From an uncultured Planctomycetota bacterium (GTDB taxonomy: Bacteria > Planctomycetota > Planctomycetia > Isosphaerales > Isosphaeraceae): a stretch of 64,000 nt of DNA. The notes beneath the pieces are model-generated. The model was not told where the DNA came from. It searched no databases and saw nothing but the letters and a program-made list of their open reading frames with translations. The stretch is from NCBI GenBank assembly GCA_963823665.1, contig CAWGMQ010000006.1:608001-672000 (forward strand), written 5' to 3'. Both the position numbers and the translations under genes were made by a program. Shown here piece by piece: positions 1-9,501 of the stretch. Numbering within the stretch: the first letter of the stretch is position 1; each line of letters starts with the position of its first letter.

Positions 1-119
1 GACCGTATGAGCGGCTGCCCTATTTCGGGATGCGGCTGGCCCGAACCTGTCCCAAGTAATCCGTCAAAATTCGCTCGGTTTCACTCGACTGACGTCTACT
101 TTCACGTTTATGGACCACG

Positions 120-1376
120 ATGAAAACACCAGAGGTTGCTTCGGGCTTGATCAATCGCCGCCGTGTCGTCGCCGCTTCGCTGGGGGGTCTGGGCCTGGCT
201 GCGCTCGAGCGAGCCGAGGCGACGGCCCAGGACCGAGTGCGAGGCGAGGCACCGATTGCGGCCAAAGACCCGCTCAAGATCACGAAGCTGGAAACCTTGT
301 TCGTCAAGCCGCGGTGGCTGTTCTTGAAGGTTCACACGAATGCCGGGATTGTGGGGCTGGGCGAGCCGGTCGTGGAGGGGCGGGCGGCGACCGTGGCTAC
401 GGCAGTCAAGGAACTCGAGCCGTACTTGGTCGGGAAAGACCCGCGCCACGTCGTTCATCACTGGCAGGCGATTTACCGGCACGCGTTTTATCGAGGCGGC
501 CCGGTGCTGACCAGTGCCTTGAGCGGTGTCGACATGGCCTTGTGGGACATCAAGGGCAAGGCGCTCGGCGTGCCGGTGTACGAGCTGCTCGGCGGCCCGA
601 CGCGGCAGCGGGTGCGAGTGTATGCTCATGCGCGCGGCGTTGATGGACTCAAGAAGGGACTGGCGCAGGGCTTCACCGCCTTCAAGACCCAGCCGGCCAG
701 CCGCCGGCGGCCGCGGTATGTTGAAACGCCGGCCGAGGTCAAATATGCGGCCGAGAAGTTCGCCGAGCTGCGAAAGGTGGCCGGTGACGACGTCGACATC
801 GCGGCCGACTTCCACGGCGCGATCAGCCCGGCCACCGCCAAGATTCTGATCAAAGCCCTCGAGCCGTTCCAGCCGATGTTCATCGAGGAGCCGTGCCTGC
901 CGCAAAACCATGACATCATGGCCGAGCTCGCGCGCGGCACGCACCTACCGATTGCGACCGGAGAGCGGGTCTTCACCAAGTGGGGGTTCCGCGAGGTGCT
1001 GGAGAAACGGGCCGCGACGATCTTGCAGCCAGACCTCTGCCACGCGGGGGGAATCACCGAGGTACGGCTGATCGCGGGCATGGCTGAGGCCTACTACGCC
1101 GCGATCGCTCCGCACAACCCGCTCGGGCCTATCTCGCTGGCCGCCGGCGTGCAGATCGCTGCTTCGATTCCCAACTTCCTGGCTCAGGAGCAGGAGAATC
1201 TGGGCGACGGCTACTTGAAGCAGCCGTTCGTCGTACGAAACGGTTATCTCGAGCTGCCCACTGGTCCAGGACTGGGAATCGAGCTCGATGAAGACGCAAT
1301 GGCGGGCAAGATTGGACATGACTTCAAGAACCCGGAAGCCTATGACGCCGACGATGGGTCGGTGATGGACTGGTGA
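120..1376 (+). CDS. dgoD: Galactonate dehydratase-like enzyme (mandelate racemase/enolase superfamily) with a Tat-like N-terminus
   Basis: Motifs KPRWLFLKVHTNAGIVGLGE, FYRGGPVLTSALSGVDMALWDIKGK, DFHG, FIEEP, ATGER, PHNPLGPI, C-terminal DGSVMDW; N-terminal RRR followed by a hydrophobic stretch. Confidence 0.85.
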   Translation: MKTPEVASGLINRRRVVAASLGGLGLAALERAEATAQDRVRGEAPIAAKDPLKITKLETLFVKPRWLFLKVHTNAGIVGLGEPVVEGRAATVATAVKELEPYLVGKDPRHVVHHWQAIYRHAFYRGGPVLTSALSGVDMALWDIKGKALGVPVYELLGGPTRQRVRVYAHARGVDGLKKGLAQGFTAFKTQPASRRRPRYVETPAEVKYAAEKFAELRKVAGDDVDIAADFHGAISPATAKILIKALEPFQPMFIEEPCLPQNHDIMAELARGTHLPIATGERVFTKWGFREVLEKRAATILQPDLCHAGGITEVRLIAGMAEAYYAAIAPHNPLGPISLAAGVQIAASIPNFLAQEQENLGDGYLKQPFVVRNGYLELPTGPGLGIELDEDAMAGKIGHDFKNPEAYDADDGSVMDW

Positions 1377-1448
1377 GAGACGACGCGATGGTGCTCGATC
1401 TCGGTGAGACCCATGGCCCGATCGTGAGCGAACTCGCTCGTTGATGAA

Positions 1449-4118
1449 TCAGGGCGTGTTCGGCCTGGGACTGCCGCCGAGGCAAGCCCGCAACGCGCTG
1501 GCCAGATGCGCGACGTTCGGCGGCTCGAGCAAAGTGCGGTGCTCCCCGCGCACTCGGATCACGTCGACCCCGCCCAGAGCGATGGCTTCCCATCCATTCG
1601 TCGAGTCGTGGGCGGATCGCGTGCAAGTGCGTTGAATGGCGGCCCGGAACAGGGTGATTCGCCCGGGGTAGCGGTCAAGGCTTTGGAGGTATCCCTCGGA
1701 AGAATGCGTTTCGGCAGCGCGAGGCTCCAGAAGCTGGGACCGGCGATCGATTCTTTGCCGCAGCTTCGCGCGAAGCGCGACCGCCGCGTATCGAAGCGTC
1801 TCGCCGGCGGACCGGTGGCACAGATTGACGATGTGCGCGAACAGCCACTCCGCACCGCCGGGGCGTCTCGGGTAGTTCGGCCCGTGCACGTCGAAGAGGG
1901 CGAGCAGGGCAACCGATTCGCCTTCGAGGACGAGGCGCCGTGCGACCTCCAGGGCGAGCAGACCGCCGCGCGAGTAGCCACCAAGATGATATGGCCCGCT
2001 TGGGAAGACGGCGCGTAGGTCGGAGAGGAATTGATCGGCTACCGCAGGGATGAGCTCGGCCATATCCTGGCTTGGTGGCAGATCGCCGAGCGACACTCCG
2101 TAGAACGGAAACGCGGGACCCATCATCCGGGCCAGAGCGGCTAGCCCCAGACCGTGCGCGAGGAACGCGCCCGCCGCGCCGGGAAAGCACACGAACGGCG
2201 GCGCCAGGACCTCCACGTCGTCTGCCCGGTTCATGCAGACGATCTGAGACGTCGGCGCGGCCTGTCGTCGTCGGATCACTGCGGCTAGCTGCTTGATCGT
2301 CGGCGCCTGGATGATGGCCGAAAGCGGTGGTGCGAATCCGAACCGCTGCTTGACTCGTGCGAACAAGCGCACGGCCAGTAGCGAGTGGCCGCCAATGGCG
2401 AAGAAGTCGTCCTCCACACCGAAGATCCGGCCGCGAAAGAACTCGCGCCAGAGCTCGAGGAGCCCCGCTTCGGTCAGGTCAACTGGGCGGGGCGTTGAGA
2501 CCGCCGCCGCGACCGGCGCAGTAACGATGGCGCGAACGGCGCGCCGGTCCACTTTTCCGCTCGTAGAAACTGGAATTGCGTCGAGCGTGACGAACGTCGA
2601 CGGGACCGAAGTTTCCGCCAGCTCGCTCGCGGCAAACGATCTGAGGGCGGCTTCTGTGAGCGGTGGAAACCCGTTCCGCGGGACGACGTACGCTGCCAGA
2701 GATGCGCCGCCTGCGGGATCTTCGATCGCGACGACCGCTGCGTCAGCCACACCAGGGTGCCGCCTGAGCGCCGCTTCGACTTCACCAGGTTCGACCCGCA
2801 CGCCCCGAACCTTGACCTGGTCGTCCAGCCGCCCGAGGAATTCGAGCGTTCCGTCGCCGCGCCAGCGCCCGCGGTCACCCGTACGATAAAGTCGCGCGCT
2901 TGGAGTGCCTGAGGCCGTTCCGGCTGCATCATCGAATGGGTCCGGCACGAACCGCTCCGCGGTCAGTTCGGGCCGGTTCAAGTAACCGCGCGCCACGCAC
3001 ACGCCTCCCAGGTACAGCTCGCCAGGCACACCGATCGGCTGAGGACGGCGCCGCTCGTCCAGCACATACACATGGGAATTTGCAATCGGACGTCCGATCG
3101 GGATCCGCTCCAGTCCAGGATCGGGCAGGCACTGGTAGTGCGTGACCTCCACAGCCGCCTCGGTGGGGCCGTACAGGTTGTGCAACTCGACCTGCGGAGA
3201 GAGCCGCTGGAAGAACTGGTCGCGCAAGCCGGCGGCCAACGGCTCGCCAATCGTGAAGACTCGCCGGAGTGCTGCACATGAGGGCGCAATCGGGTCGTCC
3301 AGGAACGGACCGAGCGCCGACGGGACGAAACCGCACACGGTCACGCCCGCATCTTTGAAAAGCCGAGCGAGATAGGATGGGTCACGGTGCCCTCCCGGCC
3401 GCGCGAGCACCAGTCTCGCGCCGACGATCAAAGGCCAGAACAACTCCCAGACGGACAGGTCAAAGGTGTAGGGAGTCTTCTGGGCGACTCGGTCTGATGG
3501 TACGAGCGGCAGAGCATGTTGCATCCAGAGGAGCATGTTGCAGACCGACCTGTGCTCGTTCATGACTCCTTTGGGCACGCCGGTCGAGCCGGACGTGTAG
3601 ATCACATAGGCAAGATCTCGCGGGGTGTTGACGGGAACTGGGTTTGTTTCAGGCCCGGGGCAGTCTTCGTCCCGGCCCGCAAGCGCGATGACGGGCACGG
3701 CGGGGTCCAGTTCCGCGGCCGGCCAAGCCAGATGCGCTTGTGTGACCACGGCGGCGGGCCGCGCGTCGTCTAGCAGAACCTTGAGCCGCGCCGCGGGCGT
3801 TACCGGGTCGATCGGCAGATAGGCCGCACCCGACTTCATGATGCCGAGTAGCGCGACGACCATATCCATCGATCGCTCGGCGATGACGGCCACTCGCAAG
3901 TTGGGACCGGCACCGACGGCCCGCACGTGATGAGCCAGCCGATTCGCGCGTCGATTCAGCTCGGCATAGGTAAGCTCGCGGGCTGCCACGGTGCCGTCGC
4001 CCTCCACGTCGGGAAGCACCACGGCGAGCGCGTCTGGCGACCGCGCGGCCTGCTCCTCGAATAGTCGGTGCGCACAGTCTCGAACGGCAAGTCGAGCGTC
4101 GTTGCGTTCCAGTCGCAA
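1449..4118 (-). CDS. NRPS adenylation-thiolation-thioesterase part (probably the 3' part of one C-A-T-TE gene, frameshift near 4077)
   Basis: A-domain motifs YTSGSTGVPKG, NLYGPTE, YRTGD, GRLDDQVKVRGVRVE; T motif FFAIGGHSLLA; TE motifs GYSRGG and GEH. Confidence 0.92.
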   Translation of the reverse strand: MRLERNDARLAVRDCAHRLFEEQAARSPDALAVVLPDVEGDGTVAARELTYAELNRRANRLAHHVRAVGAGPNLRVAVIAERSMDMVVALLGIMKSGAAYLPIDPVTPAARLKVLLDDARPAAVVTQAHLAWPAAELDPAVPVIALAGRDEDCPGPETNPVPVNTPRDLAYVIYTSGSTGVPKGVMNEHRSVCNMLLWMQHALPLVPSDRVAQKTPYTFDLSVWELFWPLIVGARLVLARPGGHRDPSYLARLFKDAGVTVCGFVPSALGPFLDDPIAPSCAALRRVFTIGEPLAAGLRDQFFQRLSPQVELHNLYGPTEAAVEVTHYQCLPDPGLERIPIGRPIANSHVYVLDERRRPQPIGVPGELYLGGVCVARGYLNRPELTAERFVPDPFDDAAGTASGTPSARLYRTGDRGRWRGDGTLEFLGRLDDQVKVRGVRVEPGEVEAALRRHPGVADAAVVAIEDPAGGASLAAYVVPRNGFPPLTEAALRSFAASELAETSVPSTFVTLDAIPVSTSGKVDRRAVRAIVTAPVAAAVSTPRPVDLTEAGLLELWREFFRGRIFGVEDDFFAIGGHSLLAVRLFARVKQRFGFAPPLSAIIQAPTIKQLAAVIRRRQAAPTSQIVCMNRADDVEVLAPPFVCFPGAAGAFLAHGLGLAALARMMGPAFPFYGVSLGDLPPSQDMAELIPAVADQFLSDLRAVFPSGPYHLGGYSRGGLLALEVARRLVLEGESVALLALFDVHGPNYPRRPGGAEWLFAHIVNLCHRSAGETLRYAAVALRAKLRQRIDRRSQLLEPRAAETHSSEGYLQSLDRYPGRITLFRAAIQRTCTRSAHDSTNGWEAIALGGVDVIRVRGEHRTLLEPPNVAHLASALRACLGGSPRPNTP

Positions 4119-5576
4119 AGAACCTGGTTCCGCTCGACCCGCGTCAGAAGCTCCAGGTCGTCAATTGGCCGGTGGGGGTCAGCCGCGACCGCCTCGAGCA
4201 AAATTCGATACCACTGGACCAGGCGGCGCGCCGTTTCGCAGTCGAAGAGGTCGAGGCTGTAATCGAGTGAGCAGCAGAGTCCCTCAGTTGTTTCCCGGAG
4301 CTCGATCGACAGGTCGACGGACGTGACACCCGGATCGACCGCGAACGGACTGGCTGTGATCCCGGGAAACTCTGCCGCGCTTTCCGGCAAATTACGGAGC
4401 TGGAACAATATCTGGAAAAGCGGGGCGTGCGCGAGCGAACGCTCGGGCCTGAGCTCCTCGACCAGCTTCTCGAACGGAACGCTCGAGTGCGCCAGGGCCT
4501 CAAGCGCGCGCGTTCGGGTCTGGGCCAGCAGTGTCCGGAACGACATGCTCGGCTCAAGGACTGCGCGGATCGGCAGGGTGTTGATGAAGGGGCCGATCAA
4601 GTTCTCGAGAACCGGGTCGTCGCGGCAGGCGACCGGGCACCCGACGACGATGTCGAACGTGCCTGTGGAGCGGGCGAGCAGCGTCTGGAAAGCCGCCAGC
4701 AGGGTCATGAAGAGCGTGGCGCCCTCGCGCCGACCCAGTTCTTTCAAACTCCGGACCAGCGGCGTTTCGAACGTGGTGGTGATGCGGCCGGCCCGCTCGG
4801 TTCGCGTCGCGGGTCTGGGCCAGTCGGTGGTTAGCTCGAGCACTGGCGGTGCGCCCGCCATATACTCGCGCCAGAACGAAAACGCTTGCTCCAGCGTGTT
4901 GCCGGCAAACCGGTCTCGCTGGCGCGCCGCGAACTGCGCGAATTGCAACGGCGGATCAGGTAGTGGCGAATGCTCGCCGCGCAGGAACGCTCCGTAAATC
5001 GCCGCAAGCTCCCGCCGCAGAACAGTCGCCGACCAACCATCGAAGACAATATGATGTGCGGTCCAGAGCAAGACGTGGTCGGCATCGCCGAGCCGCAGCA
5101 GCATCCACCGGACCGGGAGTCCGTTCTCGAGATCGAACGGGCGCGCCAGTTCCTCCGCCGCCAGACGTCGGGCCTCGGTCTGCCGCGCGTCTTCTGGCAG
5201 ACTGCGCAGATCGACGACGGCGGAGGAAGCCTCCGGTGGTGCCAGAACGCGGCAGACTGGCCGGCCGTCGCTCGACGGGAAGCGGGTGCGAAGCACTTCG
5301 TGCCGCCTGAGCACCTCTGCCAGCGCGCGACCCATCGCGACAACGTCGAGCCGCCCGAAGAGCCGTAAGTTGTGCGCCCGGATATTCACCCTGCTGCCTG
5401 GATCGAACTGCTCGAGGAGCCAGAACTGCTCCTGCGCGAATGATAGTGCAGACGCACCGGGGCGCTCGACGCAGTTGGTCGCAGCGACCGTCGGCCCCGA
5501 GGCGCGTGCGCGTGCGCAGACGCTCTGCCAGCATCGCTTGCTTCGCAGGCGAGAGCCGGCGCTGCCGGCCATCCAT
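3956..5576 (-). CDS. NRPS condensation domain (5' part of the same gene; probable start MDGRQRRLSPAKQAML, frameshift near 5505)
   Basis: LSFAQEQFW, RRHEVLRTRF, intact HHIVFDGWS, IGPFINTL, linker WNAT; the typical NRPS N-terminal helix LSPAKQAMLAERLR lies in a neighbouring frame. Confidence 0.88.
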
Positions 5577-5630
5577 ATTATCGCGTGAAGTTGTCAAAGT
5601 ATGAAATCTAAAACGGTTCCGGGCTGCGAT

Positions 5631-7445
5631 TCATTCCGGCTCGGGGAGAGCCTCGATCGCGCTCAACACGAGGTCTTCGACCACAAGCGCCTGATCGGCG
5701 AGTACGGGCGTGCGAAAGATCGTCTCCAGCGGTAGCGTCACATTGAAGGCTACGTTGAGCCTCGCGATGACCCGCGCGGCCAGGAGTGAGTCGCCTCCGA
5801 CGGCGAAGAAGTTGTCGAGTGCGCCCGCGCGGTGATTCGCCAGGACTTCGGTCCAGGCTCTTGCTACGGTTTCCTCGAACACGCCCCGAGGCGTTACGAA
5901 TTCGGCCCGGAGTAGGTGGCCCAGCTCACGATGAAGTCCGATCCGGCGTGGTTTGCCCGTCGGCCCTTTGGGGATTTCGAGTACGATCAGGATCTGGGTC
6001 GGCACCTTGTGCACGGCCAGGCGCTCGAAGGCTTTTCGCCTGAGGTCAGCTTCTGGAACTGAGCTTCCTTCGCGCAGGACCACGGCCGTGATCACGTCCT
6101 CCCCGAGGCTCGGGTGCGGCACCGCGAACGTAACCGCCTGGTCAACAGCGGGATGCTCCAGGATCGCATCATCGATTTCACGCGGCGTGATCTTCTCTCC
6201 GCCGCGGTTGATCAGCTCTTTGATGCGGCCGGCGAGATGAAAGTAGCCGTCGGCATCGAACGATCCCAGGTCCCCCGTGCGGAACCAGCCGTTCTTGAAC
6301 GCGGAGTGATTTGCCTCAGGATTGTCCTCGTAGCCCGAAGTCACGTTCGGCCCGCGGATAACGATCTCGCCGATCTGGCCGGGGCCGACCAGACGATCCG
6401 ATTCGTCCATGACGGCAACCTCGGGCCCGGCCGCGGGCCCGACTGAGCCAGCTTTGCGCTTGGAGGGCGGTAGCGGATTGCTGCACACTTGATGCGACGC
6501 CTCCGTCATGCCGTACGACTCGAGCACAGGAACACCCAGGACTCGCTCCAGCTCATGCAGGACCACCGGGGGCAGAGGCGCGGACGACGACCGGACCAGC
6601 CGCAAGCTGTGTTTCTGCGCGGCAGCCGGCGACCGTGCGGCCTCTGCAAGGACGGCCTGATGGACGGTCGGTACGGCCGTGTACCACGTTGCGTCGAACT
6701 CCTGCAACCAGCCGAAGAACTGCGACCCGTCGATTCCCGGCATGCAGACCACTCCGGCGGCGGCGGCCACAGAGGCCAGAACCGCGCCGATCAGGCCGTG
6801 GATATGGAAGAGCGGCATCACATTCAGGCAGCGGTCGCCGGGGGTCAGTGCCAGCGTCGACTGGATGTGAGAGGCGGAGGCCGTCACGTTCCGTTGAGTC
6901 AACAGGACGCGCTTGGGCTTTGCCGTGGTTCCGGACGTATGCAGAACGAGCGCCACGTCGTCTGCGCCTGCGAGTCCCGGCGACGCGGCCGCGGGGCCCT
7001 CGGGGCCCTCGAGGTTGAAGGCGCCGGCTTGGCCCCCCATCTCCGGTACGAGCTCGATGACCGTGATCCCGATCCGTCTCGCAGCCTCCCGCGCGGGCGT
7101 CTGGGCACCCTGGCGCACCACCAAGGCGCGGGCATTCAGGTCGGCCAGGTAGAATTCAAATTCGGATTGCGTGTATTCAGGATTGAGGGGGCAGAATGTG
7201 GCCCCGGAGCTGATCAGAAGGAACGAAGCTGCCAGTTCCGCTCCGTTGTCCAGGACCACGGCGACCCGATCGTTGCGGCAGACACCCAGCCGATTCAATT
7301 GTCGAACCACCGCGTCGCGGCGGCCGGGGATTTCACAGTATCGCAGAGGCGAAGCGGCGGGCGCGAGTAGGGCGCATCCCTGCGGATTTCGCCGGGCTGC
7401 GTCGGCCAGGAGCGCTGGTATCGAGCCAGGAATCGCGTCGCTCAT
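5631..7445 (-). CDS. Acyl-CoA/AMP ligase (oxalate-CoA ligase-like) fused to a C-terminal carrier protein domain
   Basis: LHTSGTT, MPLFHIHGL, RSSSAPL, ESYGMTEASHQ, NPLPP, GRIKELINRGGEKI; carrier motif DNFFAVGGDSLLA. Confidence 0.85.
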   Translation of the reverse strand: MSDAIPGSIPALLADAARRNPQGCALLAPAASPLRYCEIPGRRDAVVRQLNRLGVCRNDRVAVVLDNGAELAASFLLISSGATFCPLNPEYTQSEFEFYLADLNARALVVRQGAQTPAREAARRIGITVIELVPEMGGQAGAFNLEGPEGPAAASPGLAGADDVALVLHTSGTTAKPKRVLLTQRNVTASASHIQSTLALTPGDRCLNVMPLFHIHGLIGAVLASVAAAAGVVCMPGIDGSQFFGWLQEFDATWYTAVPTVHQAVLAEAARSPAAAQKHSLRLVRSSSAPLPPVVLHELERVLGVPVLESYGMTEASHQVCSNPLPPSKRKAGSVGPAAGPEVAVMDESDRLVGPGQIGEIVIRGPNVTSGYEDNPEANHSAFKNGWFRTGDLGSFDADGYFHLAGRIKELINRGGEKITPREIDDAILEHPAVDQAVTFAVPHPSLGEDVITAVVLREGSSVPEADLRRKAFERLAVHKVPTQILIVLEIPKGPTGKPRRIGLHRELGHLLRAEFVTPRGVFEETVARAWTEVLANHRAGALDNFFAVGGDSLLAARVIARLNVAFNVTLPLETIFRTPVLADQALVVEDLVLSAIEALPEPE

Positions 7446-7655
7446 CTTATCCTGCCACTCCGGATCGGGCTGCGCATCGTGGCACGCTCGGTTCAGGGCT
7501 CATCCAAAATCGGCGATTCGGCTCGTTGGCTTCCCCGTACGCGGCGATCGGTTGACGAGGCGCTTCTGAGTAGAGCCTAGCCTGAGCGACGAAACGTGTC
7601 CAGAATGTAACGAGGTGCAGCATCGCCGCATCGGATCGAAGAACCAGCGTGCGAC

Positions 7656-8105
7656 ATGTCTCGTTCGCTGGAAACCACACGCACCTGCAATGCGTTCGAG
7701 AGGTGGCCGATAAGCTTTTTCGCCGTTCGGAACCGGCGCTTGCGGCGTGGTTTTGGGCTCTTGTGTCCGGAGCCACTGGTGCTGCGCGCTCTGCTTGCGA
7801 CGGTGGCTGTCGACGTCGGACAGGTGATCCGCGCGGTCGATCCTCAGTTGATCGGTGTGAATGCCACATGGTGGGACACGAACCTCAACACGAGCCAGAC
7901 GCGCCAGTCGGAGCGACCACGCCGATCGGCGACGGCCAGGAATGGAACAGCTCGACCAGTGAGTGGGAGACGGTCAACTGGCAGAACGCGGGCTACTGGG
8001 CGAGCCTGCGCGCGGCCAGTCCGCTCGCGGTTGACGACGGACTCAACTCCCTGCGCCTGGGACGTGCCCAACCGTTCGGCTTCCACTATTTCGAGGTTGG
8101 CAACG
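7656..8105 (+). pseudogene. Remnant of a secreted glycoside hydrolase-like gene (internally deleted and truncated)
   Basis: Degenerate planctomycete motif PEPLVLRALLA, then VDPQLIGVNATWWDTNL; in another frame GYWASLRAASPLAVDDGLNSLRLGRAQPFGFHYFEVGN, ending at the tnaA ATG. Confidence 0.6.
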
Positions 8106-9479
8106 ATGAAAACAATTATCGAGCCATTCAAAATCAAAATGGTCGAGCCGATCCGGCTCACGACGCCGGAAGAGCGTGAAGCGATCATCCGATCGGCCCA
8201 CTTCAATCCGTTTCGGATTCGGGCCGAGGACGTGCTCATCGACCTCTTGACCGACAGCGGCACCTCGGCGATGAGCGACGAGCAGTGGGCGGGGATGCTG
8301 CGTGCGGATGAGTCGTACGCCGGAGCGCGAAGCTGGTATCGGTTCGAATCGGTGCTCCTCGAACTGACCGGGATGCCTCATATTCTGCCGACGCATCAGG
8401 GGCGTGCCAGCGAGCGCATTCTTTTCGAGCTGATCGGCGGGCCGGGAAAAGTCATCCCAAGCAACAATCACTTCGATACAACACGGGCAAACATCGAACA
8501 TTCCGGCGCAGAGGCAGTCGACCTGGTGATCGACGAGGGACTCGAACCGCGAGCGCGGCATCCATTCAAGGGGAACCTGGACCCAAACAAGCTCGAGCGG
8601 CTGATCGCCAGCGTTGGGCCCGAGAGAATCCCGGTTTGCATGCTGACCGTCACCGACAACAGCGGCGGCGGGCAGCCCGTGAGTCTGGAGAACATCAGGG
8701 CAGTGCGCGCCGTATGTCATCGCCACGGTATCCCACTCTTCCTCGATGCGTGCCGATTCGCCGAGAACGCCTACCTCATCAAGATTCGAGAAGCTGGCCA
8801 GTCACACCGAACGGCTCGAGAGATTGCCCAGGAAATGTTCTCACTGGCTGACGGTGCGACGATCAGCGCCAAGAAAGACGGGCTGGTGAACACCGGTGGC
8901 GTGCTCTTGATTCGAGACAATGCACTGGCCCGCCGCGCCAATGATCTCTTGATTCTGACCGAGGGTTTCCTCACGTACGGCGGGCTGTCGGGCCGCGACC
9001 TGGAGGCCATGGCTCAAGGATTCAAAGAGGTCCTCGACGAGGACTACCTTCAGTATCGGATCCGTAGCATCGCCTATCTGGGTGAGCACCTCCTGGCCGC
9101 CGGAGTTCCGATCATCGAGCCTCCCGGCGGGCATGCGATCTACATTGATGCGGCCGCGGTGAGCCCTCATATTCCTCGGGAACAATTCCCCGGCCAGGCA
9201 CTACTGGTCGCGCTTTACCGGCATGCGGGGATTCGCGCCGTCGAGATCGGCAGCGTCATGTTCGGCGGCCGCGGCGACGGATCTGGCGAGCGATCGCATG
9301 CACGTTTGGAGCTCGTGCGCCTGGCCGTTCCTCGTCGGGTCTATACTCAAAGCCACATCGATTATGTTGTCGAGGCGGTTGTCGAAGTTTATCGCAAACG
9401 TGAAACGCTTCGAGGCCTCCGGATTGCCGAGGCGCCCTCGACGCTCCGGCATTTCACGGCGAAATTTGAAGAGGTTTAG
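8106..9479 (+). CDS. tnaA: Tryptophanase (PLP-dependent beta-eliminating lyase)
   Basis: MKTIIEPFKIKMVEPI, IDLLTDSGT, DESYAG, PTHQGR, HFDTTRAN, SAKKD (PLP Lys), YGGLSGRD; RAVEIGS is tryptophanase-type rather than the ERG of tyrosine phenol-lyase. Confidence 0.88.
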   Translation: MKTIIEPFKIKMVEPIRLTTPEEREAIIRSAHFNPFRIRAEDVLIDLLTDSGTSAMSDEQWAGMLRADESYAGARSWYRFESVLLELTGMPHILPTHQGRASERILFELIGGPGKVIPSNNHFDTTRANIEHSGAEAVDLVIDEGLEPRARHPFKGNLDPNKLERLIASVGPERIPVCMLTVTDNSGGGQPVSLENIRAVRAVCHRHGIPLFLDACRFAENAYLIKIREAGQSHRTAREIAQEMFSLADGATISAKKDGLVNTGGVLLIRDNALARRANDLLILTEGFLTYGGLSGRDLEAMAQGFKEVLDEDYLQYRIRSIAYLGEHLLAAGVPIIEPPGGHAIYIDAAAVSPHIPREQFPGQALLVALYRHAGIRAVEIGSVMFGGRGDGSGERSHARLELVRLAVPRRVYTQSHIDYVVEAVVEVYRKRETLRGLRIAEAPSTLRHFTAKFEEV

Positions 9480-9501
9480 GTGACGAACACCGCTGGGCGA
9501 G

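Noticed and set aside
7656..9479. Single 607-aa tryptophanase
   Set aside because: Family similarity starts at the ATG at 8106; the upstream 150 codons are a mosaic of another gene's remnants
8106..9479. Tyrosine phenol-lyase
   Set aside because: Has RAVEIGS rather than the ERG motif carrying the TPL-specific Arg
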